This document shows, one piece after another, positions 16,653 through 25,152 of a stretch of DNA of 35,550 nucleotides. The stretch spans positions 1 through 35,550 of the forward strand of contig CABMPA010000001.1 in the NCBI GenBank assembly GCA_902388315.1, in the 5' to 3' direction. The translations under genes and the position numbers were made by a program. Below the pieces are notes generated by a model. The model worked only from the letters and a program-made list of their open reading frames with translations, had not been told where the DNA came from and ran no database searches. Every line of letters begins with the position of its first letter. The stretch's first letter is position 1. This stretch comes from an uncultured Megasphaera sp. (lineage in GTDB: Bacteria > Bacillota > Negativicutes > Veillonellales > Megasphaeraceae).

Positions 16653-16969
16653 TAAAACATGCCCGGCAGGTGCATGCCGCCTGTAATCTTGCTCATTTCC
16701 TGGGCCATCATGTCATCAACTTTTTTATTGGCTTCATTAACAGCCGCGACCATGAGGTCTTCCAGCATTTCCGCGTCTTCCGGGTCGATGATGCTCGGAT
16801 CGATGTGGACGCTTTCGACATTCTTTTCCCCGTTCATGACGATGGTCAGGACGCCGCCGCCGACAGTCGCTTCGACAGTGCGCTTCTTCAAATCATCCTG
16901 CAGTTTCTTCATTTCTTTCTGCATTTTCTGTACTTTCTTCATCATGCCTTGCATATTTCCACCAAACAT
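16652..16969 (-). CDS. ybaB: YbaB/EbfC nucleoid-associated protein, 105 aa
   Basis: NMQGMMKKVQKMQ, DPEDAEMLEDLMVAAVNEA; dnaX-ybaB-recR synteny. Confidence 0.95.
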   Translation of the reverse strand: MFGGNMQGMMKKVQKMQKEMKKLQDDLKKRTVEATVGGGVLTIVMNGEKNVESVHIDPSIIDPEDAEMLEDLMVAAVNEANKKVDDMMAQEMSKITGGMHLPGMF

Positions 16970-16996
16970 TTGCGTTCCTCCTAATTTCCTGTAAAC

Positions 16997-18925
16997 TTAT
17001 TTTTTATTTTCTATATATATATTACAGTCTCCCACGTTTTTAAGCAATGGTCCCAGGACGGCTCTTTCGGCCTCATCCATGTCATCGAACGAGGCCGGCT
17101 GCCATGCCGTTTCATCGCCTGACTCAGTCACTTCCTGAGATGGCGCAGGAACTGGAATATCTTCGGGTTGCTCCGGTACGGTTTCTACGACTTGTACGTC
17201 GGGCAATTCACTCTTTTTTTTTTCGTATCCGGCGAGTTCAGCATCGCCTTCCAAAAACCCCTGCATGTGATACGTGCCGCCCAGGATCTGGGATAAAGCG
17301 GCATCGGTGAATTTAAAGTAGTCTTCCCGGTTGGCCCGTTTCACCATGAAGGCCGTCTTAAAGGCCACGATGACCTGGCCTTCACCGATGTAAACGACGC
17401 GGCCGTTGCGTATACAGGACAAGACGGCCTTCTTCTTTTCCTTATCGAGAATAGCACACATCTTTTTCCAGACGTCCTGATATTCCGCCGATTCGACGGG
17501 CCGTGCCGCCTGGACAGGTTCTACAGCGCCCGCCTTATCAGCAGGCATGGCAGCCTTGACAACAGGGGGCGCCGGTGCCGGAACAGCCGTCTGGGCCGGG
17601 CGTACGCTCTGCGGTACTGGCGCCGCCGCTTCCTGTGCCGCCGGCCGGACGTCAGGAACGGTTCCTGGCGACGTAAACTCATCTTCCGGGAAGGGAATGG
17701 CTTCTTCCAGACCATAGCCGCCGCTGTAATCATCTTCCTCCGGTACGGGGATGACATCCGGCTTTTCTGCAGACTGGGCTTTTACTTTTTTCTCCGGAGC
17801 CTTGGGACCTGCAGCGTATGAATTGACGAGGGCCGGCTGGGTCAGCTGCCGCGATGCCATGAGCAGTCCCATTTCTACGGCAATGCGCGGAACTGGCGAC
17901 GTCTTAGCCGTCAATAAGGCCTGCTGCAAAATGGCCAGGACTTGAAAAACAGCTTCTGCTGTCAGTTCGCCCGCCTGCTTGCGAAGCTCGTCGAGACAGT
18001 CGTCATAAGCTGAAAGGGTGTCCGATGCAGGAGCGGCCTGACAGAGCATGACGGCCCGCAGGTGAGCCAGCAATTCCGTCAGGATGACCCGCGGCTCCTT
18101 ACCCATATGGATGACGTCATCGACATCCTTGATGATGACATCGCCTTTGCCATCGAAAATGGCCTGGGCCAGGGAAAACAGCCAGTCTTTGCCGATGAGG
18201 CCCAATAAATCGCGGACGACGCCTTCGTCGATAGTACCACTGGTGTTGCTGACGCACTGGTCGAGCATGCTCAAAGCATCGCGCATGCCGCCATCTGCCT
18301 GGACAGCCAGGATATGAGCAGCTCCTTTGGTCAGGTCAATCTGTTCCTGGCCGGCGACGTAGAGCAGGCGCCTGGCAATATCGTCACTGGTAATGCGCCG
18401 GAACTCATAACGCTGGCACCGTGACAAAATCGTCATGGGGATCCGTTCCGGTTCGGTCGTCGCCAGGATGAAGATGACATGGGCCGGCGGTTCTTCCAAA
18501 GTCTTCAGCAGGGCATTGAAGGCTTCTGTCGTCAGCATATGCACTTCATCGATGATGTAAATTTTCTTATGCCCTTCGGCAGGCATGAATTTAATCGTTT
18601 CCCGCAGTGTGCGGATATCTTCGATGCTGCGGTTGGATGCGGCGTCGATTTCGACGACGTCCAGTGACTCGCCGCTCATGATGTGGCGGCAGACTTCACA
18701 CTCATTGCACGGGTGGGACGTCGGCCCGTGGACACAGTTCATGGCCCGGGCAAAAATTTTAGCCGTACTGGTCTTGCCCGTCCCGCGAGGGCCGGAAAAC
18801 AAGTACGCATGAGCTACTTTGTCCGTATCTATCGCTTTTTGCAGGGTTTCCGTAATATGGGACTGGCCGACGACATCTTCAAAATTCTTCGGCCGCCATT
18901 TGCGGTATAATGCAATGTATGCCAT
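16997..18925 (-). CDS. dnaX: DNA polymerase III subunit gamma/tau, 642 aa
   Basis: MAYIALYRKWRP, HAYLFSGPRGTGKTS, EIDAASN, IIDEVHML, ILSRCQ; AAAGGA RBS. Confidence 0.97.
   Translation of the reverse strand: MAYIALYRKWRPKNFEDVVGQSHITETLQKAIDTDKVAHAYLFSGPRGTGKTSTAKIFARAMNCVHGPTSHPCNECEVCRHIMSGESLDVVEIDAASNRSIEDIRTLRETIKFMPAEGHKKIYIIDEVHMLTTEAFNALLKTLEEPPAHVIFILATTEPERIPMTILSRCQRYEFRRITSDDIARRLLYVAGQEQIDLTKGAAHILAVQADGGMRDALSMLDQCVSNTSGTIDEGVVRDLLGLIGKDWLFSLAQAIFDGKGDVIIKDVDDVIHMGKEPRVILTELLAHLRAVMLCQAAPASDTLSAYDDCLDELRKQAGELTAEAVFQVLAILQQALLTAKTSPVPRIAVEMGLLMASRQLTQPALVNSYAAGPKAPEKKVKAQSAEKPDVIPVPEEDDYSGGYGLEEAIPFPEDEFTSPGTVPDVRPAAQEAAAPVPQSVRPAQTAVPAPAPPVVKAAMPADKAGAVEPVQAARPVESAEYQDVWKKMCAILDKEKKKAVLSCIRNGRVVYIGEGQVIVAFKTAFMVKRANREDYFKFTDAALSQILGGTYHMQGFLEGDAELAGYEKKKSELPDVQVVETVPEQPEDIPVPAPSQEVTESGDETAWQPASFDDMDEAERAVLGPLLKNVGDCNIYIENKK
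17208..17223 (-). other. Candidate frameshift/slippage site in dnaX
   Basis: GAA AAA AAA AAG AGT GAA: A10 run; -1 frame reads GAG TGA (stop at 17208-17210). Confidence 0.65.
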
Positions 18926-18948
18926 GAGTCCTTTCCCTTCCGTATACG

Positions 18949-18973
18949 AAAAAAAGCAGCTAACCGCTGCTTT
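18949..18973 (-). terminator. Intrinsic terminator of SRP RNA
   Basis: Minus strand AAAGCAGC-ggtta-GCTGCTTTTTTT. Confidence 0.8.
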
Positions 18974-18982
18974 GACCAACTG

Positions 18983-19125
18983 AAAAGTACTCGTGTATGA
19001 TAACCCGCCAGGTTTCCTCGTGGCACATGGAAAGGTCTACTTATTGCTGCTTCCTCTCGGACCTGACAAGGTTCATAGGTTCCCATTGCACAAGCCCCGG
19101 CGGATTACCACGCACCAATACTTTT
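18983..19125 (-). ncRNA. ffs: Signal recognition particle RNA (small type; mature ends approximate)
   Basis: Helix-8 motif TCAGGTCCGAGAGGAAGCAGC within a long self-complementary stem; upstream of dnaX. Confidence 0.93.
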
Positions 19126-19142
19126 ATTAAGTTAGCTACATT

Positions 19143-19171
19143 ATTATATCGTGAAACAGTAAGTTTGGCAA
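19143..19171 (-). promoter_or_regulatory. sigma70 promoter of ffs
   Basis: TTGCCA (19171-19166), 17 bp, TATAAT (19148-19143), A-tract upstream. Confidence 0.85.
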
Positions 19172-19182
19172 GATTTTTTTTC

Positions 19183-19317
19183 TATTAAGTTTGTAGTTTG
19201 TAGTTTTCAGTAAATGACCAAAAATTTAACCCCTTCTGCTACAAACGCTTTACTACAAACTAAATGAAAAAAGGACTACGCATGATAGTCCAAAATCTTC
19301 ATGCGATAGTCCTTTTT
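19183..19317 (+). repeat. Composite repeat: degenerate module B plus module C (terminator of ompA)
   Basis: TATTAAGTTTGTAGTTTGTAGTTTTCAG..CTACAAACGCTTTACTACAAACT; AAAAAAGGACTACGCATGAT..CTTCATGCGATAGTCCTTTTT. Confidence 0.85.
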
Positions 19318-19331
19318 ACGAGCCACTAATC

Positions 19332-20444
19332 TTAGTGATTCTGCCAGATATCTACGCGGCGGTTGTCAGCGCGGCCCTGTTCGGTGTCGTTGGTGCTGAC
19401 GGGATCCGTCTTGCCTTTGTAGTCGAGCTGCATCTGCGATGCCGGGATGCCCTGGCTTTCAGCATAAGCTGCAACGTTGTCTACGCGGCGTTTGGAGAGG
19501 TCATCGTTGTAAGCATTGGAGCCCTTAGCATCGGTGTTGCCGACGAGTTTGAACGTATCGTTCGGGTTCGCTTTAGCAACCTGGACGAAGTGGTCCATCT
19601 TAGCGCGTTCGGAAGCGAGCGGCTGGTCTTCGTCGAAGCCGAAGTGAACGCTTTCAACGTAGTAGTCGTTCTTCTGAACCGGAGCTTCAACGACCGGTGC
19701 CGGAGTCGGTTCCGGCGTGTAAACCGGTTCCGGAGCCGGAGCGGCTTCTTTGTGGCCGCCGCCGAAGCGATAGGAGAGGCCAGCGATGAAGCCTTTGTAG
19801 GAGATGTTAGCGTCGTCTGTAGCTAAAGCTTCATCAACCATATCACCCTTATCAGCTAATTTAGTATTTACATAGCGGTAGCCAGCGCTGATGTCGAGGT
19901 CCGGCGTGATGCTGTAGCCGAGGCCAGCTTCCCAAAGAGCTGTTTTCTTAGTACCGAGAGCGCCTTTAGCGTAGAAGTCGAGGTTCTTAGCCAGCGGAGC
20001 TTTGGCAATCAAGCCGATCTGAGCAATATTATTTGTCTGGCTGTAATTGCTGTCTTTAAAGGAGTTTTTAATGCGGTTCCAGCCGGCGAAGGCAGCGAAG
20101 TTCTTGTTGATGGAGTAAACGAGGTTTACTTCATGTTCATCACCATTGGTGCCTTCCATTTTGTCATTGCTACCGGTTTTCAAACCATAGTAGTTGTACT
20201 GTAAGCCCCATTTGTCGGAAAGGCCATAGCCAAGGCCGCCCTGGAAGTTCCATTTAGAATCAGTGCTAATATTGCCCTGATTGTCATCAAAGTTAGAAGT
20301 ATCAACTTCTGCTTTCGGGTTCCAAGCGCCTAAATCGAGCTGCCACTGTCCCTGGTTCCACTGCGTCTGCGGCGTAGCGAAAGCAAAGGAAGTAGCGCAG
20401 GCTGCCATAACTGCAGCCAATACTAAAGATTTCTTTTTCATCAT
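19332..20444 (-). CDS. ompA: OmpA-family outer membrane protein (8-stranded beta-barrel, Pro-rich linker, peptidoglycan-binding domain), 370 aa
   Basis: Signal peptide ending SFAFA; aromatic beta strands ending GLSYRFG; APAPEP linker; VHFGFD, GNTD..GS..YN..LS.RR, GRADNRRV; strong high-expression codon bias. Confidence 0.9.
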   Translation of the reverse strand: MMKKKSLVLAAVMAACATSFAFATPQTQWNQGQWQLDLGAWNPKAEVDTSNFDDNQGNISTDSKWNFQGGLGYGLSDKWGLQYNYYGLKTGSNDKMEGTNGDEHEVNLVYSINKNFAAFAGWNRIKNSFKDSNYSQTNNIAQIGLIAKAPLAKNLDFYAKGALGTKKTALWEAGLGYSITPDLDISAGYRYVNTKLADKGDMVDEALATDDANISYKGFIAGLSYRFGGGHKEAAPAPEPVYTPEPTPAPVVEAPVQKNDYYVESVHFGFDEDQPLASERAKMDHFVQVAKANPNDTFKLVGNTDAKGSNAYNDDLSKRRVDNVAAYAESQGIPASQMQLDYKGKTDPVSTNDTEQGRADNRRVDIWQNH

Positions 20445-20578
20445 AAATCCCAGCTTCCTATTGGTATTTAATAGTGCCACCTATGACATTATTATGTTCT
20501 AGTATACCATATTTTTGTCACAAGTGCGTCACACTATTTCATGATTTTTAGTCATTCCGCGGCCCTTCCCCATACTTT

Positions 20579-22123
20579 TTATGCTTCTTCCCGGCCGACG
20601 TAAGAAATGATGGTATCGAGGATATGCGGCAGTTTCTGCGAAACGCTTTCAATGTTAACGCGTTCCGTCCGTTCGTGTAAATCCTTGCCCCACGGTCCCA
20701 GGAGGAGGAAGGGAATCTGTAATTTTTTCAAGCTTTCCAGGTCAAAAGGATAGGCTTTTCCCCAGAGGAGCAAGTTTTTTTCGACCATGCCTTCATCGAA
20801 ATCGGGGGCGACACAGCAGTAGCTGCAATCGGAAACGCCGTTGAAATAGCGGTCGAAGCGGACGTCCATCTGAGAGGAAATCTTTTCCAGCAGGCCCGCA
20901 AAGGCCGGCGTCGGGAAAGAGAGGCTGTCCGCCGCCGGATAATAGGGCGGTGCAAAAGCGACGATGGCCATCGGCTCTGTCATGCCCGTGAAATCGAGTA
21001 TCTGTTCCAAAAGATGTATCGTTTCCTCGGTATACGTGCTGCGCCCGTTTTGCAGGGCAACGAAAGCAGCCTGTTTAGCCGCTTCATAAAAGACGTCGAA
21101 ACCAGGATAGGCCGCAGCCTGCTGCAAGAGCTCATCGGCACTGCAGACGGAAACAGGCAAGTCACTGCCCATGGTCTTCTGCAAGTCATGGACGGCCCGC
21201 CGTGTTTCTTCCAGCAGGACATACATGACATCATCCGGCGTCTTGTCGTAAGTCAGCAGATTCAAGGCTGCCGCTACGCGCTGAGGCAGGGTCACGTCAT
21301 AGCGTTCCTTGCGGTCCCGCAAGTAGACCCAGGCCGGCGGCGGCGTCTGTTCGCCGTCACAGCAATCCGTCAGCTCCCGGCTGCCTTCGGTCGACGCGAT
21401 GAGATGGGCCAGGATACCGACGGGGTTGATGCCCTTATCATAGCATCCAATGTGAACGGGTTTGCCCTGAACAAGGATGACGGGCAGTATCTTGCCGACA
21501 GAGCCGGTATAGGCGACGAGTTTCCCCTGCTCTTTATGGTTCGGCTCGCTGTCGATGAGGATATCATAGGTCAGGCCGTACGAAGAGCGCAATTCATTGA
21601 GCAGGGTAATGGCCGTCCGCATCCCAGCCGAATACGTTTCTTCATCGGGCAGGGATAAATAAATCAGGCTGGTATTCTCCGGATGCGCTGCATAGTCTTC
21701 AAAGACAGCCAGTTGCGCTGCCGCACCGCCTTTCATATCACAAGCGCCCCTTCCAAAGAGCCATTCCCCACTTTCCCAGTCCCGGCGCACGTCTTCACTG
21801 AGCGGAGCCCGTTCCAAGGCCTTATAAAGCCCTTGCGGGTCGAAGGCCTGATCCCGCAGATAGCCATAGGCCTCTACGTCGACGACATCGTGATGATTCA
21901 TGAAAATGACCGTATGTCCCGTCTTGCCGCGGACGAGGCCATAGACGACAGAACGCTGACAGCTATCGTCCGGTACATGGATGAGGCCGCTGGCGACGCC
22001 GTCTAAATGCGAAAAGAACTGTTGCAGGTACAGTTCCATCTGCCGTTCTTTCGGCGTATTCGTTTCGCTGTCAATCTGAATCATATCCTGCAAAATTTCC
22101 ATAATCCGTGCTGCTCGTGCCAT
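20579..22123 (-). CDS. rocB: RocB-like M20/M25/M40 metallo-hydrolase, 514 aa
   Basis: HHDVV, WLFGRGACDMKGG, PDEETYSAGM, DSEP, YTGSVGK, APPYYP, GPWGKDLH.RTER. Confidence 0.85.
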   Translation of the reverse strand: MARAARIMEILQDMIQIDSETNTPKERQMELYLQQFFSHLDGVASGLIHVPDDSCQRSVVYGLVRGKTGHTVIFMNHHDVVDVEAYGYLRDQAFDPQGLYKALERAPLSEDVRRDWESGEWLFGRGACDMKGGAAAQLAVFEDYAAHPENTSLIYLSLPDEETYSAGMRTAITLLNELRSSYGLTYDILIDSEPNHKEQGKLVAYTGSVGKILPVILVQGKPVHIGCYDKGINPVGILAHLIASTEGSRELTDCCDGEQTPPPAWVYLRDRKERYDVTLPQRVAAALNLLTYDKTPDDVMYVLLEETRRAVHDLQKTMGSDLPVSVCSADELLQQAAAYPGFDVFYEAAKQAAFVALQNGRSTYTEETIHLLEQILDFTGMTEPMAIVAFAPPYYPAADSLSFPTPAFAGLLEKISSQMDVRFDRYFNGVSDCSYCCVAPDFDEGMVEKNLLLWGKAYPFDLESLKKLQIPFLLLGPWGKDLHERTERVNIESVSQKLPHILDTIISYVGREEA

Positions 22124-22135
22124 AGAGACACCCCC

Positions 22136-22585
22136 TTACTTAAAAATCCATTTTTTCCGCGACACATAATTCCAAACAGTGACGATAGCACTGGCCATGA
22201 TTTTCGAGGCCATCGGATTCAGGCCTAAAATAACCGGCGACGTGAACAGCCACATGAGCAGGAGATTCCAGCCCAGGCCGATGGCACTGACGAGAAAGAC
22301 CAGGGACACTTCCGTCCCGCGGTGATAGCGGCTGCCGCTGTCGAAGACGAAGCGGTTGCAGAGAATGTAGTGATACAGCGTCGACGTAGCAAAAGCCAAA
22401 GTCGTCGCTGCCAGGACCGTCTGCGTCTGTATCGAAAAGACAGCGCCGGCTGACAACAGCCGGAAGAAAATATAAAAAAGCGTCCATTCTAAGAGAGCCG
22501 CTGAGCCGCCGACGAGGAGGTACATGAATATTTTCATATACTCGTTGTTGGTATAGTCAAAGCCAAAAATCTGCTTGTGTTTCAT
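22136..22585 (-). CDS. GtrA family membrane protein, 149 aa
   Basis: YLLVGGSAALLE, NRFVF, FLVSAIGL..N, SKIMA...V..WNY..RKKWIF. Confidence 0.88.
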   Translation of the reverse strand: MKHKQIFGFDYTNNEYMKIFMYLLVGGSAALLEWTLFYIFFRLLSAGAVFSIQTQTVLAATTLAFATSTLYHYILCNRFVFDSGSRYHRGTEVSLVFLVSAIGLGWNLLLMWLFTSPVILGLNPMASKIMASAIVTVWNYVSRKKWIFK

Positions 22586-22669
22586 AAAACCCTTCCTTTG
22601 TATGTTTTCACATTTATTATACGGCAAGGGAAAAATAAAAGCTACTTACTAGATAGATATGCAAAAATA

Positions 22670-22702
22670 TGATAAAATGTAAACTAATTAGGAATACGAA
22701 AT
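22670..22702 (+). promoter_or_regulatory. marR extended -10 and candidate operator
   Basis: TGATAAAAT (22670-22678) then TAGGAATACGAAAT (22689-22702). Confidence 0.5.
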
Positions 22703-22728
22703 ATTGTCAGAAGGAAGGCAGATATCCT

Positions 22729-23169
22729 GTGGATTACACGAGATGCATTAATTTTTTGCTAACCATTTCACAACACGAAGTCTTTTTAATCTTCTCCGAA
22801 AACTTGTCGGAATTCGGCATCACACCGGGACAATACGGCGTCCTGGCCTGTCTCTGGAAAGATGAAACGCTGACGCCGAAAGAAATCGCCAACATCCTGC
22901 GCGTCGAAAACTCCACCATTTCCGGAGTCCTCGACCGGATGCAGAAACGCGGCCTCATCGACCGCATCCTCGATCCCAATAACCGCCGCAGCATCCGCGT
23001 CAAACCGACGGCGGCCGGCATGGCCATCAAAGAACCCGTCCAGAAACGCATCGAAGAATTGAACGACATGGTCTTCAAAGAATTCACGCCAGAAGAACGG
23101 GAAGAACTCCTCAATCTGCTCACACGCATCGGAAACGTCTGTGCCGATGACTTGAAAGAAGGGAAATGA
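22729..23169 (+). CDS. MarR family transcriptional regulator, 146 aa
   Basis: GITPGQYGVL, STISGVLDRMQKRGLIDR, NRRS...T..G; GTG after AAGGAAGG. Confidence 0.92.
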   Translation: MDYTRCINFLLTISQHEVFLIFSENLSEFGITPGQYGVLACLWKDETLTPKEIANILRVENSTISGVLDRMQKRGLIDRILDPNNRRSIRVKPTAAGMAIKEPVQKRIEELNDMVFKEFTPEEREELLNLLTRIGNVCADDLKEGK

Positions 23170-23482
23170 AAAAGAGGCTGTCCCATGAAGACAGCCTCTT
23201 TTTGAGTTTTAAGTTTGCAGTTTTTAGTTTTTAGTGAAGGTTTTTAAATTTAAAGCCCTCTTCCACAAACTACAAACTCTGTACTACAAACTATAAAGAA
23301 AAGGGGCCTCGCATGATGACAAAAGCCTTCGTGCGACGGCCCCTTTTTGAGTTTTAAGTTTGCAGTTTGTAGTTTTTAATGAAGTTTTTTTAATTTAAAG
23401 CCCTCTTCTACAAACTCCGTACTACAAACTATAAAGCAAAAGGGACCGCGCATGATAGCCTATGCCTTCATGCGCCAGTCCC
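23169..23482 (+). repeat. Tandem composite repeat A-B-C-B-C between convergent marR and gntP-like genes
   Basis: A 23169-23203; B 23204-23292; C 23299-23348; B 23349-23430; C 23438-23482. Confidence 0.92.
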
Positions 23483-23489
23483 ACCAAAA

Positions 23490-24887
23490 TCATACAATAC
23501 CCGTTAACATGTAGAAGAATACGCCGAAGAAGGCGACGACTACTTTTAAGAGGGTGATGGCAAACATATCCTTGTAGGCTTCGCGATGAGTCAGACCGCA
23601 GATAGCCAGGGTCGTGATGACAGCGCCGTTATGGGGCAGGCTGTCCATACCGCCGGAGGCCATGGCCGCAATACGATGGACGACTTCAGCCGGGATACCG
23701 ACAGCCGCCGTTTCTGCCAGGAAGTGCTGACCGAAGATATCGAGGGCGATACTGAGGCCGCCGGAAGCAGAACCGGTGATACCAGCCAGGATGTTGACCA
23801 TCAAGGCGACGTTGAACAAGGGCATGCCCTGACCGATACCGAGGAGGGCATCAGCGACTTCCAGGAAGCCCGGCAGGGACGAAATAACGTTGCCGTAGCC
23901 GACTTCCGATGCCGTGTTCATGATAGCCAGCAGGGAGCCCAGAGCCCCGGCATTGAGAGCTGCCTTGACGCTGGTATTCTTGGACATGAACTTGCGGCCC
24001 GTTGCAGCAGCGATGATGATAGCAGCCAGGAGGCCGAGGACCAGAGCCCAGATAGCGACGACGTTGTGGACGCCTTTTGCCAGGAGAGGCACATTCATGG
24101 CGCGGAACGGTTCTAATAAGGATTCATCCCACTGGAAAATCATGGAGAAGTAGAAATTCAAGACCAGGACGACGATGAGCGGAATGATAGATAACTGCCA
24201 GGGCGGAAGAGAAGCTTCCGGATCGATGACTGTTTCATTGAGGGTGTGATTACCATAGCCTTCGCCGGAACGGGCCATCTGTTTACGGCGGAATTCAAGA
24301 TAAATGAAGCAGAGGACAATCAACAAGGTACCGCAAATCAACCCTAAGATAGGAGCGGCAAAAGTCGTCGTTCCCAGATAAATCGTCGGGATGATGTTCT
24401 GGATCTGCGGAGAACCCGGGTAGCAGTCCATGGTGGCCGTGAAGACACCAGCGACGAAGCAGGCCGGAATCAGGCGTTTCGGAATATCGGCTTCGCGGAA
24501 CAGAGCAGCTGCGAAGGGATAAACAGCGAAAGCGCAGACGAACATGGAAATGCCGCCATAGCAGAGAATCATGCAGGCGAATACGACGGCGAAGACAGCC
24601 TTATCTTTCCCGATGAGCCTGATGGTTTCCATAGCGATACTGCGGGCCATGCCCGTTTCTTCCATGACCTTGCCGAAAACGGCACCGAGGAGGAAGACCG
24701 GGAAGAAGGACTTGATGTAAGTAACGGCCTTAGCCATGAACAATTCCGTATAACCCGGTAAAATCGGCAGCCCCGAAAAGCTGGCTGCAAAAAGTGCGAA
24801 AATTGGCGCAAACAAAATAACCGAAAATCCGCGATAAGCAAATGTTACGAGTAAAAATAAACTTAGGACGATAGCAACAATCTCCAT
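23490..24887 (-). CDS. GntP family H+/organic acid permease, 465 aa
   Basis: FLLGAVFGKVMEETG, YGGISMFV, PGSPQIQNIIP, LAGITGSASGG, DSLPHNGAV. Confidence 0.9.
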   Translation of the reverse strand: MEIVAIVLSLFLLVTFAYRGFSVILFAPIFALFAASFSGLPILPGYTELFMAKAVTYIKSFFPVFLLGAVFGKVMEETGMARSIAMETIRLIGKDKAVFAVVFACMILCYGGISMFVCAFAVYPFAAALFREADIPKRLIPACFVAGVFTATMDCYPGSPQIQNIIPTIYLGTTTFAAPILGLICGTLLIVLCFIYLEFRRKQMARSGEGYGNHTLNETVIDPEASLPPWQLSIIPLIVVLVLNFYFSMIFQWDESLLEPFRAMNVPLLAKGVHNVVAIWALVLGLLAAIIIAAATGRKFMSKNTSVKAALNAGALGSLLAIMNTASEVGYGNVISSLPGFLEVADALLGIGQGMPLFNVALMVNILAGITGSASGGLSIALDIFGQHFLAETAAVGIPAEVVHRIAAMASGGMDSLPHNGAVITTLAICGLTHREAYKDMFAITLLKVVVAFFGVFFYMLTGIV

Positions 24888-24924
24888 AAACTTGTTCTCC
24901 TTTTCTTTTGGTTTCCGAATGACT

Positions 24925-24944
24925 CATTTCGTACTCTTATCATA
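24925..24944 (-). promoter_or_regulatory. gntP-like -10 and candidate operator
   Basis: Minus strand TATGAT-aagagt-ACGAAATG. Confidence 0.5.
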
Positions 24945-25025
24945 CGTTAGAGCCAGGGAGAATAAAAGATAACGCCCTAAGACAACCTTTGCGCTTTTTG
25001 CCCATTTTGGAAATTCCATGAATGC

Positions 25026-25148
25026 AAAAGAGGCTGTCGCATTAAGACAGCCTCTTTTTGAGTATTAAGTTTACAGTTTGTAGTTTTTAGTGAATGGTTT
25101 TAAATATAAAGCAATCTTCTACAAACTACAAACTCCGTACTACAAACT
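25026..25148 (+). repeat. Composite repeat A plus B (terminator of skp)
   Basis: AAAAGAGGCTGTCGCATTAAGACAGCCTCTTTTT GAGTATTAAGTTTACAGTTTGTAGTTTTTAGTGAATGGTTTTAAATATAAAGC..CTACAAACTACAAACTCCGTACTACAAACT. Confidence 0.92.
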
Positions 25149-25152
25149 GGTA

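Noticed and set aside
23169..23482. CRISPR array
   Set aside because: The segments between hairpins are themselves repeats, units are about 140 bp, and there are no cas genes
24750..24887. AT-rich 5' end of the GntP gene as a recombination scar
   Set aside because: Low-GC 5' coding ends also occur in other genes here; the protein is continuous and family-typical
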